A stretch of DNA of 63,111 nucleotides, counting the filler, from Basidiobolus ranarum (Eukaryota), in the NCBI GenBank assembly GCA_040143965.1. It is 15 parts of 15 records of this genome, joined end to end, with 100 filler letters (N's around TTAATTAATTAA, not from the genome) between each part and the next. Parts side by side here need not be neighbours in the genome. Positions count along the whole stretch, not along the records: positions 12,681 to 16,802 come from JASJQH010008982.1; positions 16,903 to 21,023 come from JASJQH010008983.1; positions 21,124 to 25,242 come from JASJQH010008984.1; 12 more parts are not named here. One strand, 5' to 3'. The number at the start of each line of letters is the position of its first letter. Within the stretch, counting starts at the first letter, position 1. Under the pieces are notes generated by a model, which saw only the letters and a list, made by a program, of their open reading frames with translations, did no database searches and was not told the origin of the DNA. Below are positions 12,788 to 25,140 of this stretch, one piece after another. Position numbers and translations under genes: made by a program.

Positions 12788-13506
12788 GAATTGTCTTCTT
12801 AGAAACATCTTGTTGGCAGCAGAACTTGTTTGGTAGATGTCTTCCCAGGCTTTCCATACCTTCTTGACAGATTTAGCTCTTGAACATTGAATTAGCAATT
12901 TGTCTTTACCATTAAGACAAATTGTGTTAGAGGCACTTTGCTCCTTTTTAACCTGGAGTAAAACTTTGGTTTCAGATAGTTTTGCATTGTCTTCTTCTCC
13001 TACAACAGTGTCCCAAAGTTCTTTTTCTTGCAGCAGTATTTTCATTTTAATTTTCTAAACTTAATAATTGGTTCCATCCAATTTTTCAGAAGAGGAAAAA
13101 GTTCCATAGATTTGCGAAGAAGACATTACAGAGAGTGCAAGCTTGGGGCTCATAACCTGTTAAAGTATTTGGGAGCCTGTTTGATGTGGATTAGAGAATT
13201 AGAGGAATTGGCAGTTTTCACTTATTGATTTATTGAGTAGAAATTTGACTTTTATAGTTTTGTCAAGATGTAAACAAACAAACATGTAGAATGTGTTAAG
13301 GAAGGTTCCAGAAGCATGTGTACAAAGTTTGAGGCTTCTAGTACAAGTTTGAAAAAATCTATATATCTGAGAACTTCTAAGCTGGCAAAAATATTCCAAG
13401 TAAATTCCTCTTAAGAATAATGGGTAATATCTTAGTTCAATATAGGATAACTAAATACTAAGCTATATATGACTATATAGTTGTTTAGGCAATGCTAATT
13501 TCAACT
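12788..13506 (-). mobile_element. Ty1/Copia 5' LTR (13506-13158), PBS and gag start
   Basis: The LTR ends ...TTTAACA and is followed by GGTTATGAGCCC. Gag reads KLDGTNY..KIKMKILLQEKELWDTV. The sequence is closely similar to 21124-21704. Confidence 0.88.
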
Positions 13507-15584
13507 CATTTTTCATGAGGGAAGTAAAAACTGGCGGTAGTGTATATATATATGAGTAAACAAGCATACACTAATCATATGAAGTCTATTTGTGTTATCA
13601 ATGGAGTAGGTGATTTAGCATGTGTGTGTTGTGACAGGAAGCACTCATTATCGGAGAAAGCCAGAAATATCAAATCTATATACTCCTATATTTATATTTT
13701 CACAGAGTACAGTTACAGAATCCAACTAATATATTTTCTAACTCTCGATGCATTTTTGCATGGCTGAGCTCAGCATCATCAAGTCAATATGTATATAATA
13801 ACGCTGGAAGATCCAATATAACAATCAGGTATATGGAATAGAGCATATAAACCTTAGGATGTTTAGTCACGTTAACAATATATTGCCTCTGAAAGCAGTT
13901 TCTTAGTTCATGATTAACCGTATTAATTCAATATGCAGATAAAATAAGAAGTACAAAATCCAAATGTCTGTTCAACAACCACTGGGCTTTCTTCCAACCT
14001 CCTCAATGTTCCCAAAGTCATCGTGACTGCAATTACTATCAGCAAATAGGTACAATTTCATCTTCTATTAATCCTAAACACCACTAAGCAATTCGATATC
14101 TCTAACTGCCCCTGGCACAGTATCAGATAGTTACCATATCTCCGACCCCAATATAAGGTATTAGTTGTCTGCTATCTTGGAGACTCCAGCATTGGGATCT
14201 TCACATTCTCAGACTTATTGAGGACCCTCTGAATGCTGGTCTAACATAGGCATCATTCACAAAACTGATATATTTATCTATGCAGCTTGAGTCTATGAAG
14301 GCAGGTTTCATAGAAGGGCTATTCCTACCCCTACTATAATATAATGAAAGAGTGACGAAATCAAAAACAACAAAACACATGATTAATTAGATGTTTGACT
14401 TGACTATTTCGGCCCTTGTGTCATGGAAGTAAAAAGCCATCAACCTGTTAACAATTACAACACAAAAAGTAAGGATATGGTTACATTGAATCGCAGTCTA
14501 TTTCATCTCCAATCTGCTGTCAGATATGCCATGTAGCTATTTAGAGAGATGGTTTTACAGATATGAGTGTAAATCCTTGACATAAAGATACAAATTGGTT
14601 TTTACTTCAAACGTATTAAGTAAGATGTCTTTGATTTTATCAAGTAACTCACACCTTTCCTTCTGTCCAATGACGTATTCAAACTATGCTATGCCTACTT
14701 AAATCTCAAGATTCAGGAATAGAGACCTGGATCACTTGCTTGCTACGCAATCAGTATATATATTTGTGTTATGAGCATACAGGCATCGTACAGTGTGAGG
14801 CAACCATTAGGTAGAAGAAAGATCATTGCAATAGTAGCTCTTCTGTGCTAGCTTCACCAAGATGACCTACATTTCATTTTAACCATCGAGTAACAAAAAT
14901 CACCCCATACAATCGTTATAAAACAGAACAACTCTGCTTGGACATCAACAGGGGATTAGTCTAGAGAAACTAGAAGGCCCGTCAATACTGCGTTACACTT
15001 GTCTCTCGTGAGAAATACAGCTCCTTGCGTATCTACATGTGTCCTCAGCTAATAGCATACATAAGGCACGAGAAGATCGATTTGCTTAGCTTGGGGAATT
15101 ACGCATAAACCCTGAATTGAGTGCATAGCGTATGCTAAACTTATCCTCCAGATAGCAATGCACAAACATCGTGTCTAGTCACTGCGATATACGCATGACA
15201 AATGCTCGATGAGCTGTCGATGATTGTATGCTAGAATTTTACCACTGTTGTCTAATATACTAATATACACCACCCAGTGGATAAAACCAACTGCTGGGGA
15301 GGATGCTATACCGTTACATCATGAGCCAAGAACACTATTACACCATTGTTCTAATATAGCGTCAAAAATGCCCCCATGGTCAAAGACAGTGGTGATCTCC
15401 ACTCTGAAACTTGGGGAATTCAAAATAGACATATATATATTTAAGGAAACCACTGGCAGGCGGCAACTGTGTGGCTGGACAAAATCCAACAAGTTCTTTC
15501 TCGAAAAGGAGATGCTTACGATAGAGATTCGTTGAGCCAGCCATTGGAACACTATAGTGTCAATCATCAGTGAGGCCAGCCGCC

Positions 15585-15776
15585 ATGCATCTATACCATA
15601 TGATTCTGTGGGCACTAATTATCTTAGCCTCATCAGGAATGGCCACCAAAGATTGTTGGCTATTCCAGCAGCAGTATCGCAGAGTGGATGTCGAATGCTA
15701 TATACGTAAGACCGTAGGCAATGATGATTATATTAAAATAACTATCGATCCCAGGAGATGCGAGATTTGGCTCTGA
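15585..15776 (+). CDS. Possible small secreted Cys-containing protein or remnant
   Basis: MHLYHMILWALIILASSGMA resembles a signal peptide, and the ORF has three Cys. A possible GTAAG..CCCAG intron lies near 15706-15754. No family recognised. Confidence 0.25.
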   Translation: MHLYHMILWALIILASSGMATKDCWLFQQQYRRVDVECYIRKTVGNDDYIKITIDPRRCEIWL

Positions 15777-16592
15777 TTCGTTCTTGCAAATCAGTCATAA
15801 TGAGTAGTATCAAGGGGCTGTTAAAACAATTTGTAAACCTTTTGTCATATGCCTCACGCACTGCCTGGAATGGGTTTCGAGGTACCATCCGATGTCAATG
15901 AGCTTTACTAATATCATCTCGGAAATATCCGCGTCATCTGACCAATCAAGTGCTACATTTACGATCTATGATCGCTAAATTCGTTCGGAAGCAGAGCTAA
16001 TTGGCTTTGGCGGAATATCAAGGAGTAAACTGATTCTTTAACCCTCTCAGACTAAGCTCATTTTCCCACTGAATATGCGACAGTACTAATACTGCGTCAC
16101 ACGCGATTGGCCTAATCCACTAACATTACTAACCTGATATCCATGGAACATTTCCTAACGCTAGCCAAATTGATACTCGTTTCCGGATAATTTCTGCTTC
16201 ATTCGATAGTTTTCCAAATCTGAAGATACTTTTTAATTTAGTATTGACCTTCATTATATCACTAAAAACTAAAAAAATTCTGATTCAACATGTTGCGGTG
16301 CATCTTTGGAAATCTTCTTGAATTCCACGAATTATACAAATTTTCTTCCGGATCACATATAATAGCCAGGCTCTTGTTGCTGGATCGATTCCAGCTCTGC
16401 TTCATCTTAGCTTTCATCTTTTTGCCTTCGCTTTTCCTTCACAGAAATTCAATTTCTGCTGTCTTTACTATATTCAATATTGTACACAGAACAAATTGTA
16501 TCATCTTTCCAAGTAATATAGACGCTCTCTAGCACCAATTTATCCAACCGAGGTCATCAAACTGCTCTTTTATTACCACACAAACTACAAAT

Positions 16593-16802
16593 ATGAGTTT
16601 AGTTAGCACTGCTGTTCCAAATATACTTTCTTCCACACCAACCTCCTACTGCATGTCTTCTGACAATTACCCCGAACTCAACAACTACATATTTTCTGAC
16701 GACGAACCGGAGTATGAGGATGACGACCTATCCTGGCCTGAAATCCAAGCCTTAATTGTACAAAATGAAGTATCTATGGCTTTAGATAGCAAAGTAGTGG
16801 AT
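16593..16802 (+). CDS. Hypothetical protein, acidic N-terminus, truncated by the contig edge
   Basis: ATG in an ACAAATATG context, and the frame is open to the gap (SDDEPEYEDDDLSW). CpG content is normal. Confidence 0.4.
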
Positions 16803-16902
16803 NNNNNNNNNNNNNNNNNNNNNNNNNNNNNNNNNNNNNNNNNNNNTTAATTAATTAANNNNNNNNNNNNNNNNNNNNNNNNNNNNNNNNNNNNNNNNNN
16901 NN

Positions 16903-18847
16903 GTACCATAGGTAATATGTACGCGATGGTACACGATCCATAGATTTGGGAACTTCCTGTAGCTCCACCAATCCAGCCATAGCCAGTTGATGAAGCTTTT
17001 CCCTAGCCACTTTCCCGGGAACTAAGGCGATCTTGCTTATCTAATCAGTTCGTGATTAGTCTTGAATTCCAAGGTTCAGATTGAAATATCGATACTAACT
17101 TGCTTTTCATCCAACTTTTGGCGATTCGATAATATACGGAATATTCGATGACTGATCGAACCGTACTTTTCTTTAATCACCGATTCGACCAACCTGGTCT
17201 TCAGAGCGTTTGCTCCATTGGTCAAGTTAATCTTGTACTGACCAGCACTACGTTCATCTATTTTGGATAGAAACTTTACTTGATCTGTGCAGAGTAAATC
17301 TAGAAACTCCGTGGTGAGTTGTTGTTGTGACGGTTTCAGTTTAGTACCGTCCGTATTTGAGACAATTCCATGCTGCAGAATAACGTTACTGGGAAGATGA
17401 TGCGCTATCAATGTTGCCGAAAGTGATACTAACAAGAAAAAAATAGTTGGGGTTTTTGAAGATGAGAGACAAGTTAGATAATGAGAAAGTATCAATAAGT
17501 GTGTATTACTGGATTGATTTTCTTCACAAGAGCGCATCTTGTCTTGAGCAACTGCAAATGCTGCCTTCATAACTGCTTCTGCACCTTGATTAATACGTTC
17601 ACCAACAAAATGTATGATACGCTAATCGAGAGAAATGTAAGATGATGCTGACTCAAGATGTGTCTTAGTAGGTGCAATGAGTTTGAACTAACTGAATTAC
17701 GAAGCCTGATATTGAACTGTTCGTAGTTGATTTTCCAAAAAACATCTTCCTATTTAGCATACAATCAGTTAATATGCTATAAGTTTATGACAGATATCAA
17801 TAAATCCCTACGTCTACTTCGTCCACAACTTCCGCAAGTATATCAAGCCTCTAAAATGAGAAAATTAGATAGACTCTAGAAGGACTTGCATGGTTTAATT
17901 TCCCACTCACCTTGTTATTGGACGTTGTATTTGTGTCTGTGAATTTACGTTTCTACATATTGATGAGATTAAACGTAAAGTACAAACACTCAGATGTAGA
18001 ATTCTTACCATTCCAAGAATTGTATTAGTATTTAACCTAGCTACATTTTTTTCATCCTTTAACTTTTTCATATCGGCTAACTCTCGATTAGTAGGTGGTC
18101 CCTTGAACTGTTCCAAATCCAACTGTTCTTCCATCATACGACGGTCCGTAGGAGATATATTATCTTTAGCTTCTAGTACCTTGATAAACCGATGCTTTAC
18201 CAGCAGAGTAAATACTTTGGTGAAGTGAACATTTTCTACAAACCAAATATTGACCAACAACGATACTCTGAGGTTAAATCTCTGAATAGCAAAGTAGCTA
18301 TACGTAAACCCTTAACATTTGGCTTTACCTTTTCCATCTTGTAGTTCAAGTATTCGATATAGGTCTTTCAGTCTTAAAAAACCCCGGGTAAATAAAGTAA
18401 GAACAATTAAATGACCCTATAAAAATTCAGTTACTAGGTCAGAAGAGCAACTAAGATTCGAGTGGACTGTCTTTTACCTCTTTACCAAACTCTTTCTCTA
18501 TCATGCACAACATGGTGCCAATTCTTAAACGCAATAAGACCTCTGGTACATTAGCCTCATAATAAGTAGTAGTTACTTTGTTTGAAAGGTCGTCGGCATA
18601 GTAAATCAAATGATGTTGGAGAAGAACAATTAAACTTTGTCGTACATCAGCAGGTTTAAGTTTGGTGAAGTGATATATATCGGAGCTTGTTAAGCGGCCT
18701 TTCTGTATTAAAACACTAGCCACTCTCTGTATTTTGTTAGTAGAAATTATTAGTGAATAGAAGGAAATCCCTACACTTTACCTCTACTACACAACCAAAT
18801 TCTTCTCTTAGAATGTCCCTGCAGATTCTACTTTCTAGAACAGACAT
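16903..18847 (-). CDS. RPC82: RNA polymerase III subunit C82 (RPC3/POLR3C), multi-exon, 3' truncated
   Basis: Exon 1 (18847-18782) reads MSVLESRICRDILREEFGCVVE. Later exons give VASVLIQKGRLT...VRQSLIVLLQHHLI, FWKINYEQF, and ESVIKEKYG...RIFRIL...KLDEKQ. Confidence 0.9.
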
Positions 18848-19491
18848 GGGTTCAAAAAGTATCTTGAAGAGTTACACGAAGAACAATATCCCGCGTGATA
18901 AAACACGAAAATTCGCGTCATAATTGGAAATTCTGATCACTCAGATAACGTGTTTACCGAATTTCCAGATAAATAAGCAGTAATTATGAAAGTTCCCTCA
19001 TTGATTTTCCCTAGATGTATGATTCATGGCAATTAATGTTGATTATTGAATATATAATTATCATTAATTAAGGATATCTGTGGCTTGCCAATGATTAACA
19101 ATGAACAGTCTCGATAAATAAATGAAGATAATTTAAAATATTTTCCAGCAATGTGATGGAAGATTCAACAGAAGCATGTTAAAGCGTAGTGGCTTTGATT
19201 TGAAATTCCGCTTGATGGACTGTGCAGAATATTAAATGGGGGAGAGCTGGTTTCAGAAGGAAGATGCAGGAGTCAAACATCGTCTTATCAAGTAGAAGAG
19301 ACATTGAAACATATAAGAACAAGCTTAATTCCGGAATAGATTGTTCAAAGAAGTATTTATAGATTTGCAGATTTTCAAATGCACGGATTTACTCCTATAT
19401 GTTTGATTGAGGTTTCATCTGCCTCTTCGTCATCAAGGAGTGGTAACAATGCCGCGTAGTTTCATTACCTTACAATCCGACTTTTTTGTAG

Positions 19492-19498
19492 TATAAAA
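19492..19498 (+). promoter_or_regulatory. Putative TATA box
   Basis: TATAAAA lies about 60 bp upstream of the ATG at 19558. Confidence 0.45.
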
Positions 19499-19557
19499 TA
19501 ACTTGCGAATTATTGTCAAACTTTGTCTTTGCTACTTCGCTTCTTCTTCATCACACA

Positions 19558-19959
19558 ATGCACTTCCGTTTCGCTACCGTCACCATTCTTAGCATCGCAG
19601 CTCTTGCTACTGTTACACCAGTACTTGCTAGAAATAGTCGCCGTGGCGATAACGGATATGCTGTTGTTGAGGCTATTCAAAAGGAATATACTAAAGGAGT
19701 CGAATCTCTTAAAGGTATTCGGGAGAAGGTCACTTCGGGAATAGTTTCACCTGAGAAGGCCAGAGATCTGGTGAAGAAGTTAGCCATGAAGTTGCAAGAC
19801 CTTGTCAACAAAGATCATAACTTAATCAAAAATTTGCCAGGGAAAGCCATGATTGACAAACGCCTTCTCGAGCTTCAGAAGAAAATTACTGAAGGACTCA
19901 AGAAGATTTTGTTAACTATTCCTAATGCTGCCCCTAAAATTAAAGGCCGTCGTCAGTAA
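19558..19959 (+). CDS. Small secreted, Lys-rich, predicted helical protein (133 aa), unknown function
   Basis: Signal peptide MHFRFATVTILSIAALATVTPVLA, a dibasic RR site, no Cys and no intron. It has an upstream TATA box and an ACAATG start context. Confidence 0.75.
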   Translation: MHFRFATVTILSIAALATVTPVLARNSRRGDNGYAVVEAIQKEYTKGVESLKGIREKVTSGIVSPEKARDLVKKLAMKLQDLVNKDHNLIKNLPGKAMIDKRLLELQKKITEGLKKILLTIPNAAPKIKGRRQ

Positions 19960-20353
19960 GTGATTACATACGTTAAAGGGTCCATTTTGCTTTAACACGC
20001 ATTTGTTCGAAATACGTGATGAATTTGTTTTGAGTTTTAATAAACTGGCCTTTGATGACACAAATACATGCATTAAGAACTGTGCTTTAACTAGTTCCAC
20101 TGATATTTCGGTTTGGCTTTGAGTTATGAATACATTTAACACAGGCTAGTAGATCGATCGACAATGATGGCATGCCAAAAATAGGCAGAAAATATATAGA
20201 TATGCACAAATCACTAATACGTTTGGGAAAGAACAGAAGTATTTAGAGTGAACGAATTTAATTCAATACAATTAAAGTAGCCCAGCAGGTATTTCGTTCA
20301 GGAAATCACCAACACAGAGAAAGGTGCATTCGAACACTCAAGGTCACATCCCA

Positions 20354-20985
20354 TTATATCTTACTCAGTCGTTCGGAGATCGTTTTAAACACTCCATTCA
20401 AGTAGTCCCGCTCATTTAAATCCGCTCTGTTCCCTGGTTCTAACAGTAGTTGAAAATCTGGGCCATACTTGGTGAAATATGGGTTTTCGGGTATCTCTCT
20501 CGAGATAGATTCTGACATTCCCAATGCTATGGAGGTGATATATGCGTTGCATCGGGCAACATTTGGGTTATTATAGCCACCTGTGGGATAGAATGCCAGG
20601 TAAATCAAAACTGACATCGGAGTGCGACCATATACAAAACTTACCTCCGCCCAGGATTAAAGTTGGCTTATCTAAATCAAGAATCTTTGCAACACAGGCA
20701 CCGATACTCTCTATGGTAAGATTCCACTCCCCAGTCGGGTCACCCACAAGCCCTGTTAAAAATGAAGGTATAAGACTACAGTCAAACTGGGTAGTGGTGG
20801 ATATGAATTACCGTCACTGCCACACTGTAGCACAACTGCATCTGGCTGATATGTCGAGAAGGCTTTCTGAATCACTTGGTCAAATACTTCGGCCAGAGTT
20901 TTCTCGCCTAACCCTTCCTTCAACGGAACATTTACAGAGTGATATAGACCCTTCCCGTTGCCTACATTATCAATCCCCCCGGTTC
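20354..20985 (-). CDS. Class I histone deacetylase (HDAC8/Hos1-like), last three exons; 5' truncated
   Basis: Spliced product contains GTG..VGNGKGLYHSVNVPL, QCGSDGLVGDP, LILGGGGYN..NVARC and YGPDF-L. Confidence 0.88.
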
Positions 20986-21123
20986 CTATAGATGATTTAG
21001 AACTCGCCAACGTGGATATTGCGNNNNNNNNNNNNNNNNNNNNNNNNNNNNNNNNNNNNNNNNNNNNTTAATTAATTAANNNNNNNNNNNNNNNNNNNNN
21101 NNNNNNNNNNNNNNNNNNNNNNN

Positions 21124-21704
21124 TTTTAAAGGCACTTTGTTCTTTTTTAACCTGGAGTGAAACTTTGGTTTCAGATAGCTTTGCATTGTTTTCTTCTCCT
21201 ACAACAGTGTCCCAAAGTCCTTTTTCTTGCAGCAGCATTTTCATTTTAATTTTCCAAACTTGATAATTGGTTCCATCCAATTTTTCAGAAGAGGGAAAAG
21301 TTCCATAGATTTGAGAAGTAGATATTACAGAGAGTGCAAGCTTGGGGCTGATAACCTGTTAAAGTATTTGGGAGCCTGTTGGAAGTGGTTTGGAGAATTA
21401 GAGGAATTGGTGGTTTTCTCTTATTGATTTATTGAGTAGAAAGCTGACATTTATAGTTTTGTCAAGATGCAAACAAACTAACATGTAGAATATGTTAAGG
21501 AAGGTTCCAGGAAAATGTGTGCAAAGTTTGGGGCTTCTAGCACTAGTTTGAAAAATCTATATATCTGAGAACTTCTAAGTTGGTAAAAATATTCTAAGTA
21601 AGTTCCAATTGAGAATAATTGATACTATCTAAGTGAGTTATAAGATAACTAAGTACTAAGTTATATATGACTATATAGGTGTTTAGGCAATGCTAATTTC
21701 AACA
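21124..21704 (-). mobile_element. Ty1/Copia 5' LTR (21704-21357, TGTT...AACA), PBS and gag start
   Basis: PBS GGTTATCAGCCC at 21356-21345 and gag DGTNYQVWKIKMKMLLQEKGLWDTV. Confidence 0.9.
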
Positions 21705-22134
21705 ATATTAACCAAACCATTAGCTAGACAAATATATGAGAAATTTAGACCTCTGTTAGGATTAGTTTATATTACTATGTAATTGAGAGGGTGTGTTGAA
21801 GTTAGCATTGTCTAAGCATCTATATAGTCATATATAGCTTAGTACTTATTTATCTTATATTTCACTTAGATATCATCCATCATTCTCAATTAGATTTTGT
21901 TGAGAATATTTTATCAACTTAAAAGTTTTCAGAATTATAGAGAATTTCAAAAGAAGCCCCAAGCATTGCACACATGCTCTCAGTACCTTCCTTAAGACAT
22001 TCTACACATTAGTTTGTTTACATCTTGACAAAACTATAAATGTTAAGTGAATACTGAATAAATTAATATGTGAAAACTAACAAATTTCTTTAATTCTCCA
22101 AACCACTTCCAACAGGCTCCCAACTACTTGAGCA
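21705..22134 (+). mobile_element. 3' end of a Copia element of the same family: RNase H tail, PPT and 3' LTR (21794-22134)
   Basis: Translates as ILTKPLARQIYEKFRPLLGL, followed by a GAGAGGG tract and then TGTTGAAGTTAGCATTG..., an inverted copy of the adjacent LTR. Confidence 0.82.
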
Positions 22135-23474
22135 TATAGCACAATGCCAGCTCTGTATTTTTACTTGGAGAATATGGGTTGTGTGGAGGATATTGTGAAA
22201 CACCAAGTAATGTTTCCATTGCTAGCAGATTTTTCAAACACTAGAAGTATTTATACTTTTTGACAGAAACATAGAAAACAAGCAACAGGGTTGTGTTCCA
22301 AACATTTTTGGGAGTAAAATGAGCTCTCTTAGGGTCAACTTTATATCTTGTGCAATTCCAGCTAATGTCCAAAATAGAAATAGAAATACCCACACCTTGA
22401 GAAGAGCTTCAAAGATATATATTCTATTCAACATAGCCTTCATACAGCTTCTCTACTTGAGTAGGACTGTGGTTTTCGAAGATTTCAATCATTGGACCAA
22501 GTAAACAGACTCTTTTACATATGAGGTATGTATTATTTCCATAAGTCAGATGTTTTGCATTACTGTGATAGTTGAAATTTACAGTGGGCATATCAAACCT
22601 AATACGACTTGGATTCCGTTTCACTTAAAGAGTAACAGAGTCAAAACTGTTGGATATAGGTTGCAGTAGCACTTTTCTATCTCACTTGAGGATTCAAAGG
22701 TACAACATTATTCTATGTAGAGCTTATGTTTGAAAGCCACCATCCTATTTCCCGGCACCATTGGAAAACTTTGCGCAAAAATAGACACCTGGTTTAATAT
22801 ATGCACTAATAGTGGTACCTTGTTGCCTGTAGCATTATTTGAATTTCAATTACTAAACTGAGCCCAATCAGGGAGGTCAAGATAGCTCACGTTAGGGTCA
22901 CTATGATAAGTAAATTAGATATCAAGATTGAAACGTGGCGCAATTGTAGTTGGTTGTCTGTGTAACAAGTCTAGTAAATCTTCCTATAAACCATCTAAAT
23001 CGATGTCCACAAGTCCCAGAGAGAGTCCAATCATTACTCAACAAGTTTAGGTACCAGACATCGTGATAATATCTTTGCATCCGAATCAAATGCTTAAGCT
23101 TATACGTTTACATATTTACACACTTATACGCTTATGGGCTTTTGGGGGAGGGAAGGCGGATGGTGAGCATTGGTGATACTAAATCAATACTTATCTCCGT
23201 ATTTTAAATGAATGTATGTAGTAAATTAACTTGACCACTATTTTATTTATTTCCTATTACTGATATTAGACATCCCGCTTGTATCTGCTCGGTTGGTATC
23301 ACCTGCTACAGCTTGGAAAAAAATCAAAATCTTGTACTTCCCTTACCCTTCTTATCAGGGTCTTCGTTTAGAGTGACAACTTGGCACTCTTCTTAACACA
23401 CATTTGTAGAAGGCCCTTTGAGTCTATTCCTTTTTCTTCGTGCTATTTCGTTTAATCTTTCAGTTTAATTAATA

Positions 23475-25140
23475 ATGGGCTTTCTTGGACTCTCAACGAA
23501 ATCAGAATACGTCTCAGATGAGGCACTTAAAAATCTACGCTTGTATAAGTACGCTGCCGAGGATAAATCTTACCTAACTCATTACATCCTCCGCCATTAT
23601 TGGAATGCTTGCGTTAACCTGTTTCCCCTTTGGATGGCGTTAGTATTTTTCTTTCTTTCTTACAAACATGTCAAGTTGAATACTAATGCTACTAATACAA
23701 CAGACCGAACTTAATTACCTTATGTGGTCTTGGTTTCGTAATAGTCAATCTCTTTTGTGCTTTATATTATATACCAGATCTTGAGACCTATGCTTCACCT
23801 TGGTTATACTATAGGTAGGTTTTCAACGTATCTTTCAGCTACATTTTCCTTTTTGAACTAAATGGGATATTTCGCTAGTTTTGCTGCAGGTATTTGGCTT
23901 TATTCCACCTTCGACAATGTGGATGGTAAACAGGCTCGTCGTACAGGAAGCTCGTCACCCTTAGGTATATATTGTGATAAATCAGTTGGGAATATTTCCA
24001 TACTTTTTCTCTGATATTGTTATTATCACAATTTATTATTCAGGTGAGCTGTTCGATCATGGTTGTGACGCTTTAAATTGCTCAATTGGTGGCATCGTCC
24101 AGGCTGCTGGAATGGGTCTTGGGTTTAGTTGGCATACTGTTCTTATTACTGGCCTGAGTACGTATTTAAAAGATTGAATATAAGCATGGTCAACGACACT
24201 AATGAAGTGCACTTTAATCACAGCTACCATCCCTTTCTATCTTTCAACGTGGGAAGAGTATCACACCGGTGTATTATACCTTGGAGTAATCAACGGTCCT
24301 ACGGAAGGTCTTGTAATGTCTTGCGTTTGCAATATCCTTACCGGTATCTATGGTAAACTTTAAAACTATGGTTTTGTTATAAATGCCGTGAAAATTGTTA
24401 ACACGTGTTATAGGCCCTCAACTCTGGAGAAGTCCTGCAGTTGACTTCTTTGGCAAGCTCACTCCATCATTCATTCCTGAAAGCGCTAGCTTATTGGATG
24501 TAATGCTTGTATTTATGTATTCCTTGATTGTCTTTATTCACTCGCCTGCATGGTAAGTGATCCACGGTTGTATTGATGAAGGTTGATGTTGCTAATTTAA
24601 TTGAAACCATTTAGCTTTATTGCGGTCCGCAAGGCATGTGCCAAGAAAAATCAAAGTTATTTCACTGCTTTGCTTCAACTTTTCCCAATGACAGTTTACC
24701 TTTTGGGTATCTATTTTTGGCTTGCATCTCCTGGCTCTGTTGTTTTGAAGGAACACCTGATCCTCTTTATTATCACAGTTGGTATTGTGTTTGGACGTAT
24801 GGCCACTAAGATTATACTTTCTCATGTTACCAAGAGCGAATTCCCAATGTTCACTGTATTGATCATACCGATTGTTGTCGGTGCTTTAGCCACTAATGCA
24901 CCTACTTGGTTTAATGCGTAAGTTGATTATTCTTCACCTTTTCCAGGAAACATTTCAATTTGGTAACGCGTTTCATCCCACAGCAAACCCATGTTCACCC
25001 CAACCTCCGAATATTACTACTTGGTTGCCTTTTTCATCTTTGCATTGATTGCTTATTCACATTGGGCTTTGCTAGTGATTGATCGGTTTTGTGGTTTTCT
25101 TGGAATCCGCTGCCTCTCAATTCCGTATAAGCACTTGGAT
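23475..25140 (+). CDS. Choline/ethanolamine phosphotransferase (CPT1/EPT1 family), multi-exon; no stop codon seen before the contig end
   Basis: Spliced product has WMAPNLITL, the CDP-alcohol motif [26 protein letters not shown], and STWEEYHTGVLYLG-INGPTEG. Confidence 0.92.

Noticed and set aside
13146..13157. tRNA-Met gene
   Set aside because: Only 12 nt match the anticodon arm, with no cloverleaf. It is a retroelement PBS.
15224..15615. Tc1/mariner remnant
   Set aside because: Only a vague resemblance, with no DDE motifs or TIRs identifiable.
20542..20991. Antisense or overlapping ORFs (also 576-821, 38053-38301, 49291-49608, 51838-52107, 62156-62467)
   Set aside because: They are shadows of well-supported genes on the opposite strand.
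22140..22700. Short ORFs in the CpG-poor flank upstream of the phosphotransferase
   Set aside because: No recognisable motifs. It is probably decayed repeat but cannot be classified.
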